Assembly: GCA_032128375.1 (NCBI GenBank)
Contig: JAQBGU010000230.1
Span: forward strand, 1-19,801
Length of the DNA stretch: 19,801 nucleotides
Reading direction: 5' to 3'
Source of the DNA: Deltaproteobacteria bacterium
GTDB taxonomy: Bacteria; Myxococcota_A; UBA9160; SMWR01
Under the pieces are notes generated by a model. That model had not been told where the DNA came from and searched no databases. It saw nothing but the letters and a program-made list of their open reading frames with translations. A program made the translations under genes and the position numbers. Shown here one piece after another: positions 17,297 to 19,801 of the stretch (position 1 is the stretch's first letter; every line of letters begins with the position of its first letter).

Positions 17297-18895
17297 TCAG
17301 TCCTCGTCGGGCGTCGGAAAATTTTCGAGAATCGACACCAGTGGCCCCAGCGCAACCTGGCCCAAGCCGCAGATGCTCGTGCGCTGTAGGGTCGCGTTCA
17401 GGTCCGCGATGGCAGCATGCTGCTGGCGTGTGGGTTTTTCTACCGATTCCAAGAGCTGCACGGCCTTTTCGGTCCCCACTCGACACGGAACGCACTTTCC
17501 GCACGACTCGTTGCGGAAGAACCGGGTCACGTTGAGCCCCACCTCCAGCAGGTTCGCACCATCGCCGACAAAGACAACGGCGCCAGACCCCAACATCGAG
17601 CCAGCTTGCACGAGCGTCTCGAAATCGAGAGGAACGTCCAGATGATCCGGCGACAAGAAGTTGCTCGATGCGCCACCGGGAGCAATCGCCGCCAGGTTTT
17701 GTCCTTGGCGCATGCCGCCGCAACGTGACAGCAGATCTCGCAGCGTGGTTCCCATCGGGACCAGCTGCACCCCGGGCTCGGCCACATCGCCACTGACACT
17801 GATGAATTTATGCCCGGCGAACCCCGATGCACCAAGCGAACGCCACCAATCGACTCCGTTTTTCAATATCCCAGTCGCGTGCGCGAAGGTCTCGACGTTG
17901 TTGATCAACGTGGGGCGACCGTAGAGCCCGTGGGTCCCCGGAAACGGCGGCTTGTTGCGCGGTTCGCCGCGCCTCCCCTCCATGCACTCGAGCAGCGCGG
18001 TCTCTTCACCAAGGATATAGCCACCCGGCGAAACGAAGATTTCGACATCAAAATCAAAACCGCTGTCGAAAATGTTCGATCCGAGCGCGCCGACTTGGCG
18101 AGCGCGGTCGATCGCTTCTGCGAGCCGCTCGCGCTCGGGCTCGTATTCGTGGCGAATGAACACCCAGCCCCGCGAGGCACCGATGCAGTAACCGGCAAGC
18201 GCCATACCCTCGATCACCAGTTCAGGCAGATCGCGCAGAATCACGCGATCCTTGAAAGTCCCGGGCTCGCTCTCGTCAGCGTTGCAGATGACGTACTTGG
18301 CTTCGGGTGGGGACTGCTCGGCCGCAACCAGCGCCCATTTGCGTCCAGTCGGAAAACCCGCGCCCCCCATACCACGCAGACCCGATTCCTCGAGGCGAGC
18401 GGACAGCCCGTCGCGCTCGCTTGCGAGGTTGCGGCGCAGCGCGTCGAAGCGGTCAGCGCCTGGCTCCCGGTAGAGGTCAGCGGCCTTCCAGTCGGCAACT
18501 GCCGTTGTCGAATCAGCGGGCGCTTCGAGCGCCGCGATAACGTCGTCAGCGTCCGATATTCGAACCGTCCGATGGCCAACGTTCGCGGCGGGTGCGCGTT
18601 CGCAGCGCCCGATACACGATACTTCCGTGACTTCCACATCCTCTCGCGCGCCCACCGCCGCCCGCAACCGCTCGCAGGCTTCGTTTCCGCCAGCGAGCTG
18701 GCACGAGAGATCCCGACACACCTCTATTGCGTACTTCTTCGGTGGCTCCCGGCGAAAATGTGTATAGAACGACGCGGCGCCCTCGAGCCGATACAGCGGC
18801 AGGCCGAGGCGCTCGGCCAACTCGCGCAACCCGTCCAGACTCAGCCACCCCTCTCGCTGCTGGAGTTGCATCATTTCTTCCATGAGTGTGGACAA
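17297..18895 (-). CDS. NAD(H)/FMN-binding formate dehydrogenase beta subunit (NuoE-NuoF fusion)
   Basis: NuoE-like ASFYTHF, CRDLSC, CIGRC; NuoF-like GLRGMGGAGFPTGRKW, CNADESEPGTFKDR, YILGEETAL, ESCGKCVPC, SICGLG. Probable TTG start 18895 with GGAGG 9 nt upstream; ORF is open to 19012. Confidence 0.92.
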   Translation of the reverse strand: MSTLMEEMMQLQQREGWLSLDGLRELAERLGLPLYRLEGAASFYTHFRREPPKKYAIEVCRDLSCQLAGGNEACERLRAAVGAREDVEVTEVSCIGRCERAPAANVGHRTVRISDADDVIAALEAPADSTTAVADWKAADLYREPGADRFDALRRNLASERDGLSARLEESGLRGMGGAGFPTGRKWALVAAEQSPPEAKYVICNADESEPGTFKDRVILRDLPELVIEGMALAGYCIGASRGWVFIRHEYEPERERLAEAIDRARQVGALGSNIFDSGFDFDVEIFVSPGGYILGEETALLECMEGRRGEPRNKPPFPGTHGLYGRPTLINNVETFAHATGILKNGVDWWRSLGASGFAGHKFISVSGDVAEPGVQLVPMGTTLRDLLSRCGGMRQGQNLAAIAPGGASSNFLSPDHLDVPLDFETLVQAGSMLGSGAVVFVGDGANLLEVGLNVTRFFRNESCGKCVPCRVGTEKAVQLLESVEKPTRQQHAAIADLNATLQRTSICGLGQVALGPLVSILENFPTPDED

Positions 18896-19238
18896 CAGCT
18901 GTTGCCTCCGGCTCGGGAGCGAACACAAGTCGTTGCGTATCCAACCGATTCGATCGACCTTCAGGGAAGATACTGGATTTTGGAGCGCGATCGAAGCTCG
19001 CCGCGAGTGCATGCCCGCTGGCGTGTTAGCCGCGGGATACCCCCAGTGACAAGGAACACGTCGTGACGACGGCCATGATACTCGGTGCCCACCGGGGCAT
19101 TGGAGCGACCGACGCCCAATCGCGTTCTAACAAGACCCTCGACCTGGCCAGGCTACCGCTGCGGTTTCGCTCAATCGGATTGACCGGAAAAAGCGCGCGA
19201 AAATCGCAGGCGACGACTGTGCGACCCCTCGGCGAGGC

Positions 19239-19801
19239 TTATGGCTTCATCCCCGGAACGTTTTCGGCGAGCGTTGTGCCGATTTCGGCGGGAGAGATCG
19301 CGACTGCGACTCCGGCGGCTTCCAGGGCGGCTATTTTGTCGCTCGCTCGGCCCTTGCCGCCCGCGATGATGGCTCCCGCGTGTCCCATTCGCTTGCCGGG
19401 CGGTGCGTTCTGGCCCGCGATGAACGCAGTGACCGGCTTCTTCATGTGGCTCCGGATGAACTCGGCCGCCTCTTCTTCGGCGGAGCCGCCGATCTCTCTC
19501 CGATCATTACGACGGCCTTGGTGTCGGGGTCGGCTTCGAACAATCTCAGCGCGTCAATGAACGTGGTCCCGATGATGGGGTCGCCACCGATTCCCAGACA
19601 CGTCGACTGACCGATTCCCAACCGCGATAGTTGATCGACCGCTTCGTAGGTCAGCGTGCCAGAGCGAGAGACCACGCCCACAGGCCCCGGCCGGGTGATC
19701 TGCGCCGGCATGATGCCGATCCGGCACTCTCCGGGCGTCACGACCCCGGGGCAGTTCGGGCCCAGCAGGCGCGTCTTCGAGCCACGCAGGGCCGCCCTGG
19801 C
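19239..19801 (-). CDS. sucD: succinate--CoA ligase subunit alpha, 5' end outside the window, apparent +2 frameshift at 19493-19500
   Basis: [28 protein letters not shown], and GKRMGHAGA (phospho-His) in a second frame. Removing one TC unit restores [17 protein letters not shown]. Confidence 0.94.

Noticed and set aside
15518..19066. Long plus-strand ORFs (15518..16837, 15645..16463, 17810..19066)
   Set aside because: Antisense shadows of well-supported genes, expected at high GC.
18896..19238. Moco/Wco riboswitch or ModE-type site upstream of the FDH operon
   Set aside because: No recognisable consensus by eye; an Infernal search would be needed.

Overview
GC-rich bacterial chromosomal window, probably Myxococcota (inferred from a tgl-like locus: hypothetical, TPR pilotin lipoprotein, RodZ-like HTH, recO, glyQS). 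In order it holds tRNA-Glu(CTC) with a sigma70 promoter, a DEDDh exonuclease, a kinase-fold protein, two tandem paralogous ECF sigma factors plus a small coupled ORF, a lipoprotein, glyQS, recO, the tgl-like genes, korAB, a four-gene minus-strand operon (NuoEF-like subunit, MobA-MoaD fusion, aldehyde:ferredoxin oxidoreductase, formate dehydrogenase alpha) and the 3' part of sucD. Two things stand out. (1) A candidate sigma cascade readable from the DNA: a palindrome, an IHF-like site and a perfect sigma54 promoter precede ECF-A; after its terminator, a duplicated 31-bp promoter-like motif flanks a structured segment and precedes ECF-B. (2) An AOR and a MobA-MoaD fusion sit between the beta and alpha genes of a probable tungsten FDH1-type formate dehydrogenase. 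Three small insertions in simple repeats (tRNA, korA, sucD) look like sequencing errors. No mobile element or CRISPR array was seen. All homology calls are from motif recognition, not database searches.
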